36,425 bases of DNA from Hydrurus foetidus (lineage: Eukaryota): NCBI GenBank assembly GCA_900617105.1, contig UYFQ01000137.1:1-36425 (forward strand), read 5' to 3'. Positions 24,201 to 36,425 of this stretch are shown here, piece by piece; positions within the stretch are counted from its first letter, which is position 1, and each line of letters begins with the position of its first letter. A model generated the notes under the pieces. That model worked only from the letters and a program-made list of their open reading frames with translations. It did no database searches and was not told the origin of the DNA. Both the position numbers and the translations under genes were made by a program.

Positions 24201-27200
24201 GCAACTTACTGAGTGCCTATGATGATGATAATCATCGGTATGTACGTGGTCAGTACGTGACAGAGTGTGGGTGCAACTTACTGAGTGCCTATGATGATGA
24301 TAATCATCGGTATGTACGTGGTCAGTACGTGACAGAGTGTGGGTGCAACTTACTGAGTGCCTATGATGATGATAATCATCGGTATGTACGTGGTCAGTAC
24401 GTGACAGAGTGTGGGTGCAACTTACTGAGTGCCTATGATGATGATAATCATCGGTATGTACGTGGTCAGTACGTGCCAGAGTGTGGGTGCAACTTACTGA
24501 GTGCCTATGATGATGATAATCATCGGTATGTACGTGGTCAGTACGTGACAGAGTGTGGGTGCAACTTACTGAGTGCCTATGATGATGATAATCATCGGTA
24601 TGTACGTGGTCAGTACGTGACAGAGTGTGGGTGCAACTTACTGAGTGCCTATGATGATGATAATCATCGGTATGTACGTGGTCAGTACGTGACAGAGTGT
24701 GGGTGCAACTTACTGAGTGCCTATGATGATGATAATCATCGGTATGTACGTGGTCAGTACGTGACAGAGTGTGGGTGCAACTTACTGAGTGCCTATGATG
24801 ATGATAATCATCGGTATGTACGTGGTCAGTACGTGACAGAGTGTGGGTGCAACTTACTGAGTGCCTATGATGATGATAATCATCGGTATGTACGTGGTCA
24901 GTACGTGACAGAGTGTGGGTGCAACTTACTGAGTGCCTATGATGATGATAATCATCGGTATGTACGTGGTCAGTACGTGACAGAGTGTGGGTGCAACTTA
25001 CTGAGTGCCTATGATGATGATAATCATCGGTATGTACGTGGTCAGTACGTGCCAGAGTGTGGGTGCAACTTACTGAGTGCCTATGATGATGATAATCATC
25101 GGTATGTACGTGGTCAGTACGTGACAGAGTGTGGGTGCAACTTACTGAGTGCCTATGATGATGATAATCATCGGTATGTACGTGGTCAGTACGTGACAGA
25201 GTGTGGGTGCAACTTACTGAGTGCCTATGATGATGATAATCATCGGTATGTACGTGGTCAGTACGTGACAGAGTGTGGGTGCAACTTACTGAGTGCCTAT
25301 GATGATGATAATCATCGGTATGTACGTGGTCAGTACGTGCCAGAGTGTGGGTGCAACTTACTGAGTGCCTATGATGATGATAATCATCGGTATGTACGTG
25401 GTCAGTACGTGACAGAGTGTGGGTGCAACTTACTGAGTGCCTATGATGATGATAATCATCGGTATGTACGTGGTCAGTACGTGACAGAGTGTGGGTGCAA
25501 CTTACTGAGTGCCTATGATGATGATAATCATCGGTATGTACGTGGTCAGTACGTGACAGAGTGTGGGTGCAACTTACTGAGTGCCTATGATGATGATAAT
25601 CATCGGTATGTACGTGGTCAGTACGTGCCAGAGTGTGGGTGCAACTTACTGAGTGCCTATGATGATGATAATCATCGGTATGTACGTGGTCAGTACGTGC
25701 CAGAGTGTGGGTGCAACTTACTGAGTGCCTATGATGATGATAATCATCGGTATGTACGTGGTCAGTACGTGCCAGAGTGTGGGTGCAACTTACTGAGTGC
25801 CTATGATGATGATAATCATCGGTATGTACGTGGTCAGTACGTGACAGAGTGTGGGTGCAACTTACTGAGTGCCTATGATGATGATAATCATCGGTATGTA
25901 CGTGGTCAGTACGTGCCAGAGTGTGGGTGCAACTTACTGAGTGCCTATGATGATGATAATCATCGGTATGTACGTGGTCAGTACGTGCCAGAGTGTGGGT
26001 GCAACTTACTGAGTGCCTATGATGATGATAATCATCGGTATGTACGTGGTCAGTACGTGCCAGAGTGTGGGTGCAACTTACTGAGTGCCTATGATGATGA
26101 TAATCATCGGTATGTACGTGGTCAGTACGTGCCAGAGTGTGGGTGCAACTTACTGAGTGCCTATGATGATGATAATCATCGGTATGTACGTGGTCAGTAC
26201 GTGACAGAGTGTGGGTGCAACTTACTGAGTGCCTATGATGATGATAATCATCGGTATGTACGTGGTCAGTACGTGCCAGAGTGTGGGTGCAACTTACTGA
26301 GTGCCTATGATGATGATAATCATCGGTATGTACGTGGTCAGTACGTGCCAGAGTGTGGGTGCAACTTACTGAGTGCCTATGATGATGATAATCATCGGTA
26401 TGTACGTGGTCAGTACGTGACAGAGTGTGGGTGCAACTTACTGAGTGCCTATGATGATGATAATCATCGGTATGTACGTGGTCAGTACGTGACAGAGTGT
26501 GGGTGCAACTTACTGAGTGCCTATGATGATGATAATCATCGGTATGTACGTGGTCAGTACGTGACAGAGTGTGGGTGCAACTTACTGAGTGCCTATGATG
26601 ATGATAATCATCGGTATGTACGTGGTCAGTACGTGCCAGAGTGTGGGTGCAACTTACTGAGTGCCTATGATGATGATAATCATCGGTATGTACGTGGTCA
26701 GTACGTGACAGAGTGTGGGTGCAACTTACTGAGTGCCTATGATGATGATAATCATCGGTATGTACGTGGTCAGTACGTGCCAGAGTGTGGGTGCAACTTA
26801 CTGAGTGCCTATGATGATGATAATCATCGGTATGTACGTGGTCAGTACGTGCCAGAGTGTGGGTGCAACTTACTGAGTGCCTATGATGATGATAATCATC
26901 GGTATGTACGTGGTCAGTACGTGCCAGAGTGTGGGTGCAACTTACTGAGTGCCTATGATGATGATAATCATCGGTATGTACGTGGTCAGTACGTGCAGAG
27001 TGTGGGTGCAACTTACTGAGTGCCTATGATGATGATAATCATCGGTATGTACGTGGTCAGTACGTGCCAGAGTGTGGGTGCAACTTACTGAGTGCCTATG
27101 ATGATGATAATCATCGGTATGTACGTGGTCAGTACGTGCCAGAGTGTGGGTGCAACTTACTGAGTGCCTATGATGATGATAATCATCGGTATGTACGTGG

Positions 27201-30200
27201 TCAGTACGTGCCAGAGTGTGGGTGCAACTTACTGAGTGCCTATGATGATGATAATCATCGGTATGTACGTGGTCAGTACGTGACAGAGTGTGGGTGCAAC
27301 TTACTGAGTGCCTATGATGATGATAATCATCGGTATGTACGTGGTCAGTACGTGCCAGAGTGTGGGTGCAACTTACTGAGTGCCTATGATGATGATAATC
27401 ATCGGTATGTACGTGGTCAGTACGTGACAGAGTGTGGGTGCAACTTACTGAGTGCCTATGATGATGATAATCATCGGTATGTACGTGGTCAGTACGTGAC
27501 AGAGTGTGGGTGCAACTTACTGAGTGCCTATGATGATGATAATCATCGGTATGTACGTGGTCAGTACGTGCCAGAGTGTGGGTGCAACTTACTGAGTGCC
27601 TATGATGATGATAATCATCGGTATGTACGTGGTCAGTACGTGACAGAGTGTGGGTGCAACTTACTGAGTGCCTATGATGATGATAATCATCGGTATGTAC
27701 GTGGTCAGTACGTGCCAGAGTGTGGGTGCAACTTACTGAGTGCCTATGATGATGATAATCATCGGTATGTACGTGGTCAGTACGTGCCAGAGTGTGGGTG
27801 CAACTTACTGAGTGCCTATGATGATGATAATCATCGGTATGTACGTGGTCAGTACGTGCCAGAGTGTGGGTGCAACTTACTGAGTGCCTATGATGATGAT
27901 AATCATCGGTATGTACGTGGTCAGTACGTGCCAGAGTGTGGGTGCAACTTACTGAGTGCCTATGATGATGATAATCATCGGTATGTACGTGGTCAGTACG
28001 TGACAGAGTGTGGGTGCAACTTACTGAGTGCCTATGATGATGATAATCATCGGTATGTACGTGGTCAGTACGTGCCAGAGTGTGGGTGCAACTTACTGAG
28101 TGCCTATGATGATGATAATCATCGGTATGTACGTGGTCAGTACGTGACAGAGTGTGGGTGCAACTTACTGAGTGCCTATGATGATGATAATCATCGGTAT
28201 GTACGTGGTCAGTACGTGACAGAGTGTGGGTGCAACTTACTGAGTGCCTATGATGATGATAATCATCGGTATGTACGTGGTCAGTACGTGCCAGAGTGTG
28301 GGTGCAACTTACTGAGTGCCTATGATGATGATAATCATCGGTATGTACGTGGTCAGTACGTGCCAGAGTGTGGGTGCAACTTACTGAGTGCCTATGATGA
28401 TGATAATCATCGGTATGTACGTGGTCAGTACGTGCCAGAGTGTGGGTGCAACTTACTGAGTGCCTATGATGATGATAATCATCGGTATGTACGTGGTCAG
28501 TACGTGCCAGAGTGTGGGTGCAACTTACTGAGTGCCTATGATGATGATAATCATCGGTATGTACGTGGTCAGTACGTGACAGAGTGTGGGTGCAACTTAC
28601 TGAGTGCCTATGATGATGATAATCATCGGTATGTACGTGGTCAGTACGTGCCAGAGTGTGGGTGCAACTTACTGAGTGCCTATGATGATGATAATCATCG
28701 GTATGTACGTGGTCAGTACGTGCCAGAGTGTGGGTGCAACTTACTGAGTGCCTATGATGATGATAATCATCGGTATGTACGTGGTCAGTACGTGACAGAG
28801 TGTGGGTGCAACTTACTGAGTGCCTATGATGATGATAATCATCGGTATGTACGTGGTCAGTACGTGACAGAGTGTGGGTGCAACTTACTGAGTGCCTATG
28901 ATGATGATAATCATCGGTATGTACGTGGTCAGTACAGAGTGTGGGTGCAACTTACTGAGTGCCTATGATGATGATAATCATCGGTATGTACGTGGTCAGT
29001 ACGTGCCAGAGTGTGGGTGCAACTTACTGAGTGCCTATGATGATGATAATCATCGGTATGTACGTGGTCAGTACGTGACAGAGTGTGGGTGCAACTTACT
29101 GAGTGCCTATGATGATGATAATCATCGGTATGTACGTGGTCAGTACGTGCCAGAGTGTGGGTGCAACTTACTGAGTGCCTATGATGATGATAATCATCGG
29201 TATGTACGTGGTCAGTACGTGACAGAGTGTGGGTGCAACTTACTGAGTGCCTATGATGATGATAATCATCGGTATGTACGTGGTCAGTACGTGCCAGAGT
29301 GTGGGTGCAACTTACTGAGTGCCTATGATGATGATAATCATCGGTATGTACGTGGTCAGTACGTGACAGAGTGTGGGTGCAACTTACTGAGTGCCTATGA
29401 TGATGATAATCATCGGTATGTACGTGGTCAGTACGCCAGAGTGTGGGTGCAACTTACTGAGTGCCTATGATGATGATAATCATCGGTATGTACGTGGTAA
29501 GTACGTGACAGAGTGTGGGTGCAACTTACTGAGTGCCTATGATGATGATAATCATCGGTATGTACGTGGTCAGTACGTGACAGAGTGTGGGTGCAACTTA
29601 CTGAGTGCCTATGATGATGATAATCATCGGTATGTACGTGGTCAGTACGTGCCAGAGTGTGGGTGCAACTTACTGAGTGCCTATGATGATGATAATCATC
29701 GGTATGTACGTGGTCAGTACGTGCCAGAGTGTGGGTGCAACTTACTGAGTGCCTATGATGATGATAATCATCGGTATGTACGTGGTAAGTACGTGACAGA
29801 GTGTGGGTGCAACTTACTGAGTGCCTATGATGATGATAATCATCGGTATGTACGTGGTCAGTACGTGCCAGAGTGTGGGTGCAACTTACTGAGTGCCTAT
29901 GATGATGATAATCATCGGTATGTACGTGGTCAGTACGTGACAGAGTGTGGGTGCAACTTACTGAGTGCCTATGATGATGATAATCATCGGTATGTACGTG
30001 GTCAGTACGTGCCAGAGTGTGGGTGCAACTTACTGAGTGCCTATGATGATGATAATCATCGGTATGTACGTGGTCAGTACGTGACAGAGTGTGGGTGCAA
30101 CTTACTGAGTGCCTATGATGATGATAATCATCGGTATGTACGTGGTCAGTACGTGACAGAGTGTGGGTGCAACTTACTGAGTGCCTATGATGATGATAAT

Positions 30201-32479
30201 CATCGGTATGTACGTGGTCAGTACGTGACAGAGTGTGGGTGCAACTTACTGAGTGCCTATGATGATGATAATCATCGGTATGTACGTGGTCAGTACGTGC
30301 CAGAGTGTGGGTGCAACTTACTGAGTGCCTATGATGATGATAATCATCGGTATGTACGTGGTCAGTACGTGCCAGAGTGTGGGTGCAACTTACTGAGTGC
30401 CTATGATGATGATAATCATCGGTATGTACGTGGTCAGTACGTGCCAGAGTGTGGGTGCAACTTACTGAGTGCCTATGATGATGATAATCATCGGTATGTA
30501 CGTGGTCAGTACGTGCCAGAGTGTGGGTGCAACTTACTGAGTGCCTATGATGATGATAATCATCGGTATGTACGTGGTCAGTACGTGCCAGAGTGTGGGT
30601 GCAACTTACTGAGTGCCTATGATGATGATAATCATCGGTATGTACGTGGTCAGTACGTGACAGAGTGTGGGTGCAACTTACTGAGTGCCTATGATGATGA
30701 TAATCATCGGTATGTACGTGGTCAGTACGTGACAGAGTGTGGGTGCAACTTACTGAGTGCCTATGATGATGAATCATCGGTATGTACGGTCAGTACGTGC
30801 CAGAGTGGTGCAACTTACTGAGTGCCTATGATGATGATAATCATCGGTATGTACGTGGTCAGTACGTGCCAGAGTGTGGGTGCAACTTACTGAGTGCCTA
30901 TGATGATGATAATCATCGGTATGTACGTATGTCAGTACACGTGCAGAGTGTGGGTGCAACTTACTGAGTGCCTATGATGATGATAATCATCGGTATGTAC
31001 GTGGTCAGTACGTGCCAGAGTGTGGGTGCAACTTACTGAGTGCCTATGATGATGATAATCATCGGTATGTACGTGGTCAGTACGTGACAGAGTGTGGGTG
31101 CAACTTACTGAGTGCCTATGATGATGATAATCATCGGTATGTACGTGGTCAGTACGTGCCAGAGTGTGGGTGCAACTTACTGAGTGCCTATGATGATGAT
31201 AATCATCGGTATGTACGTGGTCAGTACGTGCCAGAGTGTGGGTGCAACTTACTGAGTGCCTATGATGATGATAATCATCGGTATGTACGTGGTCAGTACG
31301 TGCCAGAGTGTGGGTGCAACTTACTGAGTGCCTATGATGATGATAATCATCGGTATGTACGTGGTCAGTACGTGCCAGAGTGTGGGTGCAACTTACTGAG
31401 TGCCTATGATGATGATAATCATCGGTATGTACGTGGTCAGTACGTGACAGAGTGTGGGTGCAACTTACTGAGTGCCTATGATGATGATAATCATCGGTAT
31501 GTACGTGGTAAGTACGTGACAGAGTGTGGGTGCAACTTACTGAGTGCCTATGATGATGATAATCATCGGTATGTACGTGGTCAGTACGTGACAGAGTGTG
31601 GGTGCAACTTACTGAGTGCCTATGATGATGATAATCATCGGTATGTACGTGGTCAGTACGTGCCAGAGTGTGGGTGCAACTTACTGAGTGCCTATGATGA
31701 TGATAATCATCGGTATGTACGTGGTCAGTACGTGCCAGAGTGTGGGTGCAACTTACTGAGTGCCTATGATGATGATAATCATCGGTATGTACGTGGTCAG
31801 TACGTGCCAGAGTGTGGGTGCAACTTACTGAGTGCCTATGATGATGATAATCATCGGTATGTACGTGGTCAGTACGTGCCAGAGTGTGGGTGCAACTTAC
31901 TGAGTGCCTATGATGATGATAATCATCGGTATGTACGTGGTCAGTACGTGCCAGAGTGTGGGTGCAACTTACTGAGTGCCTATGATGATGATAATCATCG
32001 GTATGTACGTGGTCAGTACGTGCCAGAGTGTGGGTGCAACTTACTGAGTGCCTATGATGATGATAATCATCGGTATGTACGTGGTCAGTACGTGACAGAG
32101 TGTGGGTGCAACTTACTGAGTGCCTATGATGATGATAATCATCGGTATGTACGTGGTCAGTACGTGCCAGAGTGTGGGTGCAACTTACTGAGTGCCTATG
32201 ATGATGATAATCATCGGTATGTACGTGGTCAGTACGTGCCAGAGTGTGGGTGCAACTTACTGAGTGCCTATGATGATGATAATCATCGGTATGTACGTGG
32301 TCAGTACGTGCCAGAGTGTGGGTGCAACTTACTGAGTGCCTATGATGATGATAATCATCGGTATGTACGTGGTCAGTACGTGCCAGAGTGTGGGTGCAAC
32401 TTACTGAGTGCCTATGATGATGATAATCATCGGTATGTACGTGGTCAGTACGTGCCAGAGTGTGGGTGCAACTTATTGA
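18259..32479. repeat. 72-bp tandem satellite, sub-family B (~197 units)
   Basis: Unit GTG[A/C]CAGAGTGTGGGTGCAACTTACTGAGTGCCTATGATGATGATAATCATCGGTATGTACGTGGTCAGTAC. It has six consensus differences from A plus one A/C dimorphic site. Confidence 0.98.
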
Positions 32480-32784
32480 TGTAGTCGCGGCCGGATTCGA
32501 GTACGAAGAATCCGGGTAAAGACGGTATGCTGGAGTAAACTGTTAGGTTAGTTACAGTTTGTGAAAGAAGCGAGCAAGCAGCTAACAACAGACACAAACG
32601 ATAGGCTACAAGGGTGCTGATGCTGATGAGCGTCCGTTACCGGTGGACAGTTGATGTGGGTGAAAATAGACTATGGGTGCGTGAATTATATACATACGTG
32701 AATATATACAAACGTGTGAATATACATACGTGAATATATACAAACGTGTATAAAGTGTACGGTGAACGTACGTGCTAGGCTACA
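32480..32784 (-). repeat. 3' LTR of Gypsy element 2 (305 bp)
   Basis: Begins TGTAG exactly where the satellite stops and ends CTACA (5-bp terminal inverted repeat) next to a PPT. It has an internal 32-bp-period duplication at 32689-32749. The partner LTR is not in the window. Confidence 0.85.
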
Positions 32785-32799
32785 CTACTCCTTCCTCCT
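32785..32799 (-). other. Polypurine tract of Gypsy element 2
   Basis: Minus strand AGGAGGAAGGAGTAG directly precedes TGTAG. Confidence 0.85.
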
Positions 32800-33113
32800 T
32801 AAAATTTAAGTTAAGTGAAAGAAAATGAATATGAGTGGAAATACATGTGGTAACGTATAGCTCATTTGAAAAAGGTGCCACTTCAAATTATTCAGGGATC
32901 CCATACGCCTATCTATCGTCAAAGATTTGGTAGTATGTGTGGATATGAAAATCAAAATGTTGTCGACACGATTTTCATCGGCGGCACTCCTTAGAGTCGG
33001 GGTATAATATCTAAACAATTATGTCAGACTCTTACTGACTAAAACTCCCAAAAGAATGTTGACCGACAACAAACAAAAATAGGGTTGAAATCCATCATGG
33101 ATATTGTTTAGTA

Positions 33114-36100
33114 TTATATATTTGTATCTACAACGTTTGTAAACTTTCTAGGTATTAAACGTTGAAGATTGTTAGATGTCAAGTATTCGTGTAATTTTTC
33201 GGTATCACGAAGATTGGCATAGGATGTCCATGAATTGTGTTCATCGGCATAACCTAACCATTTGACAAGGAATTCTAACGAAGTTTTGCGTTGTAAGTCA
33301 CCACGATGTTCAAGGATATTTTCAATGTAAAATTCCATATAATCATGACGAGCAACGTCTAATGGTTCAACACGTAGTGGATCAAAAAGAAAAGGTTTCA
33401 TATCTGAAACATGATATTCTTTTTCGACATGAGAGATAAGATCATAAAGGGTAAACCTTGAGTTTGATCCGGAAATAACTCTCATAGGACCACGCCAGAA
33501 CGTATGAAGACGTGTAGGCGGGTGACCTGTACGGTAATGTACCAATACATACGTTCCGGGTTGGTAATCCGTATGTTGTAATTGCTTTTTATGTGTCATA
33601 TGAAGTAAGTCAGTGCGAAGAAGTTCTTTAGCAGCTGCTTTTCTAAGACTATCTTGTGTCTTGAGAAGGTTACTCATATAGACTGACATAGATTTCTTTG
33701 AAGGAGGTACTTCGTCAATGGGACGGAACATACCACGATCAAGATTAACACAGTTACCAAACAGTAATTGTGCAGAAGATATCTTTAAACGATCGCTATG
33801 ATTTGAATTAATTATTCTCATAACGAAAGGTAAAGCTAATTTGTAATCTTCTAATGAAGTGTTGTCGTATGTGAGTGATCGGATGTGACGGTTAATCTCT
33901 TTGTTCATACGTTCAACAATAGCATTTTCCTCCTTAGAGTAAGCTAATGTTAAACAGTGTCGAGTACCAACAAACGATAAAACTCACGTATTACGTCAGC
34001 AATAAAGTGGGGACCGTTATCTGATCTTAACTGATGAGGTGCTCCGAAACGACCAAAATGTTGTATTAGACATTGGGCGGCGGATAGTGCAGTTGAATCA
34101 GTAGTATGATACAATTCAGTCCAACGAGTGAATGTATCAATGATAACGAGGATATGTCCTCCGTCAGGAAATGGACCGACAAAGTCGATGTTTAAACATT
34201 CCATAGGGTAATACGACGAAGTCGTAAAAGGATGAGCATGAATAGGTATTTTAATCATACTCATCTTTTGACATTGTGGGCAAAAGTCAATGAAATATCT
34301 AACATGATTTTCCATGAATTCCCACTTATGTTGATTTGCTTTTAATCGTTTCATAGTTCTGGCTAGTCCAAAATGACCAACCATAGAATTGTGAACTGAT
34401 GATATAGCATTGTATTGCATATCGGTGAGTTGAATTTTCGGAATAATAGCTGCTGCAAGAATCATATCTGCAGAGTATTCCTTAGGTGAGTCGATCATAT
34501 TGTTACGACATAGTCGAGACATAGAGTCGGCGATATTATTATCAACACCTTTAATAAATTCAATTTTATATGTATACTCAGAGAGTGCTACATACCACCG
34601 AACAATCATTGGATTAGAATTGTTATATATGTATAACAGATTTCTATGATCCGTTCGAATTGTAAATAATCTATCACGTAAAAGTGATTGTAGAAAAATA
34701 CAAGAATAGTAAATTGCATAAGCTTCTTTTTGAATAGTGGACCAACGAAGTTGAGACCCAGAAAGAGATTTGCTTACAAATGCAACCGGATAGTCCTTTC
34801 CATCAATAGTCTGGAAGAGGTAACCACCGATACCATAATCAGATGCATCAGTGTGCAACGTGATTGGTGCAGTATCACTAATGAAATGAATGGTAGTACA
34901 TTTCGATACTTGTTCCTTTATTTCATTAAAAGCAGAAGTTGCTTCTGGTGTCCATACTATCCGTTTTGTTCTTTGATAATTTGTAAGTAACGCATGTAAC
35001 GGTCTTACTATCGTAGACTGATTTCTGATGAAATCACGGAAATAGTTTACCAATCCAAGAAAACTTTTAAGTTGTTTGGATACAGTAGGACAAGGAAAAT
35101 CCAAAACTAATTGGATTTTACTCTGGGACATTCTAAGTCCCTCTTGTGATATAACCTTACCAACAAATTTTAAATCGGCATAGCCAAGATAACATTTGGA
35201 TGGTTTAAGGATCATTTTATGGAGACGAACGCGAGAAAAGAATTCTCGCAGTCGTGCAACAAAGTTGTCAGGACTGTTTCCAAAAATGTTAACGTCATCG
35301 ATATAAATTTCTAAAATTCTATAAAGTAACGTATTTAACACTTCAGTAGCAATCATCTCTTGAAAATAAGAAGGTGCTTGCTTTAGACCAAAAGGTAGTC
35401 TAGTAAACTGATAGACACCACTATATAATATAAACGAAGTATATTTTAGTAGCGAGTGTTAATGCGGCTTGATGGTATGCTTGAGCAAAATCCACCGTGC
35501 CAAAGATCGTCGGTTTCTGAGAACCGATTCTCTGTAACATTTCCGTTATGTTCGGTACGGGCCAAGAGGCATGTTCCGTACATTCGTTCAAGTTACGGTA
35601 ATCTATAACGAATCTTTTAGATCCGTCAGCCTTAGTTACTAAAAATCCTTGGCTATAATAAGCCGCCGTGGATTTCTCAATAATACCCTGCTCAATGAGG
35701 ATATTTAATTGTCTAGTAATCTCCTTCTGATTGGCTGCTGATTGAGGTCTAGGTGGTTGTCTATTTTAGAGACACGCCACTTAGGGTCCTGAACAACCAG
35801 ATCAAAAGGAGGAATAGAAGCAGGCTGAGATGAAAGTGTATTTGAAAAGATATCTCTGTATTCAATACAGAGTAGTCTAATCAACTCCTGAAGTTCAGGA
35901 GTACCCGATATGTTAATCAGGGATACTGGGTCAACCGGTTCCGGATTGGTATCCGGTAACCAAGGTGAAAAGGTACTAGCCTCATGTTCACCGATTTCAT
36001 CATCATCTGGCATAGCCAGTTGAGATGTATTCTCGGATTGAATGACGAGAGAAGCTAGTAGACCTGATACAATAACCCTTTGGGGTGTTACTGAGGTCGC

Positions 36101-36424
36101 TGCCCTGTGCACTATATTAGTCGATGCTAATTGACTAGGCAACTCGAGGAATATTTGTGATTCCCGAATTGTCACTCGTCCGATCACAACATCGACTGAA
36201 GACTTGTTTAAAATAATTGCTTTGAAATTTAAAAAAGTATTTTTATTTAAACGTTCAGAAAAGTAAGTCATTTTCAAATTTATAGACTTAGAAATGTTAT
36301 AACATTTTCCATCTAAGGCTGAACAAACAGTCAGTGTCTTGTCGAAAATAATAAATTCTTCTAAATGAAAATTCTTAATTACACGCATGGCAACAAAATT
36401 GCCGGCGAGCGATCCCGTATCGAT
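33114..36424 (-). CDS. pol: Pol polyprotein of Gypsy element 2, 5'-partial, with about three frameshifts (~35760, ~35445, ~33980)
   Basis: Protease IDTGSLAGNF at the window edge. RT IDYRNLN, VDFAQAYHQ, LPFGL and YIDD. RNase H TDAS, KEAY, TDHRNL and ADSMSR. Integrase H..GH..CPQC, IDFVGP, SDNG and GPM. Chromodomain FYIENILEHR...FLVKWLGY...NSW. Confidence 0.93.
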
Positions 36425-36425
36425 C

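Larger units (their letters stand above)
32480..36425 (-). mobile_element. Second chromodomain Ty3/Gypsy LTR retrotransposon, 5' part outside the window
   Basis: 3' LTR, PPT and pol with PR-RT-RH-INT-chromodomain. AT-richer than element 1, with an unrelated LTR. Confidence 0.95.

Noticed and set aside
10193..32479. CRISPR array
   Set aside because: Units are head-to-tail with no unique spacers, there are no cas genes, and the context is eukaryotic.
10400..32479. Hammerhead ribozyme satellite
   Set aside because: The minus strand has CCGATGA before a hairpin, but the CUGAnGA and GAAA core is absent on both strands.
10406..32484. Very long ORFs on both strands encoding 24-aa Cys/Asp-rich or His-rich repeats
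   Set aside because: They follow from a 72-bp unit divisible by 3. About a third of random 24-codon frames lack a stop, so two open frames out of six is expected. There are no unique termini and no synonymous-site variation.

Overview
Eukaryotic repetitive DNA, probably heterochromatic; a protist origin is inferred but unproven. From left to right: (1) a minus-strand GT92/DUF23-like glycosyltransferase gene that runs off the left edge and is missed by the ORF track; (2) a degraded Ty1/Copia RNase H with a candidate 3' LTR; (3) a young, full-length, minus-strand chromodomain Ty3/Gypsy element (2634-10192, LTRs 322/323 identical) apparently inserted into that Copia; (4) a ~22.3 kb array of a 72-bp satellite in two sharply separated sub-families; (5) the 3' part of a second, unrelated chromodomain Gypsy element inserted into the satellite. 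The first Gypsy is unusual in five ways. It carries an antisense extra ORF with a Josephin/papain-like Cys-His-Asn pattern. Its RT active site reads IFDN instead of YxDD. Its gag and pol are separated by one in-frame TAG followed by a stem-loop. Its Gag has a CCCH finger. It has no tRNA-type PBS. The two satellite sub-families differ by a compensatory base-pair change in an internal hairpin, and both LTR families carry satellite-like motifs. Single-base frameshifts at short homopolymers and garbled patches suggest an error-prone long-read consensus, so base-level claims need checking against reads.
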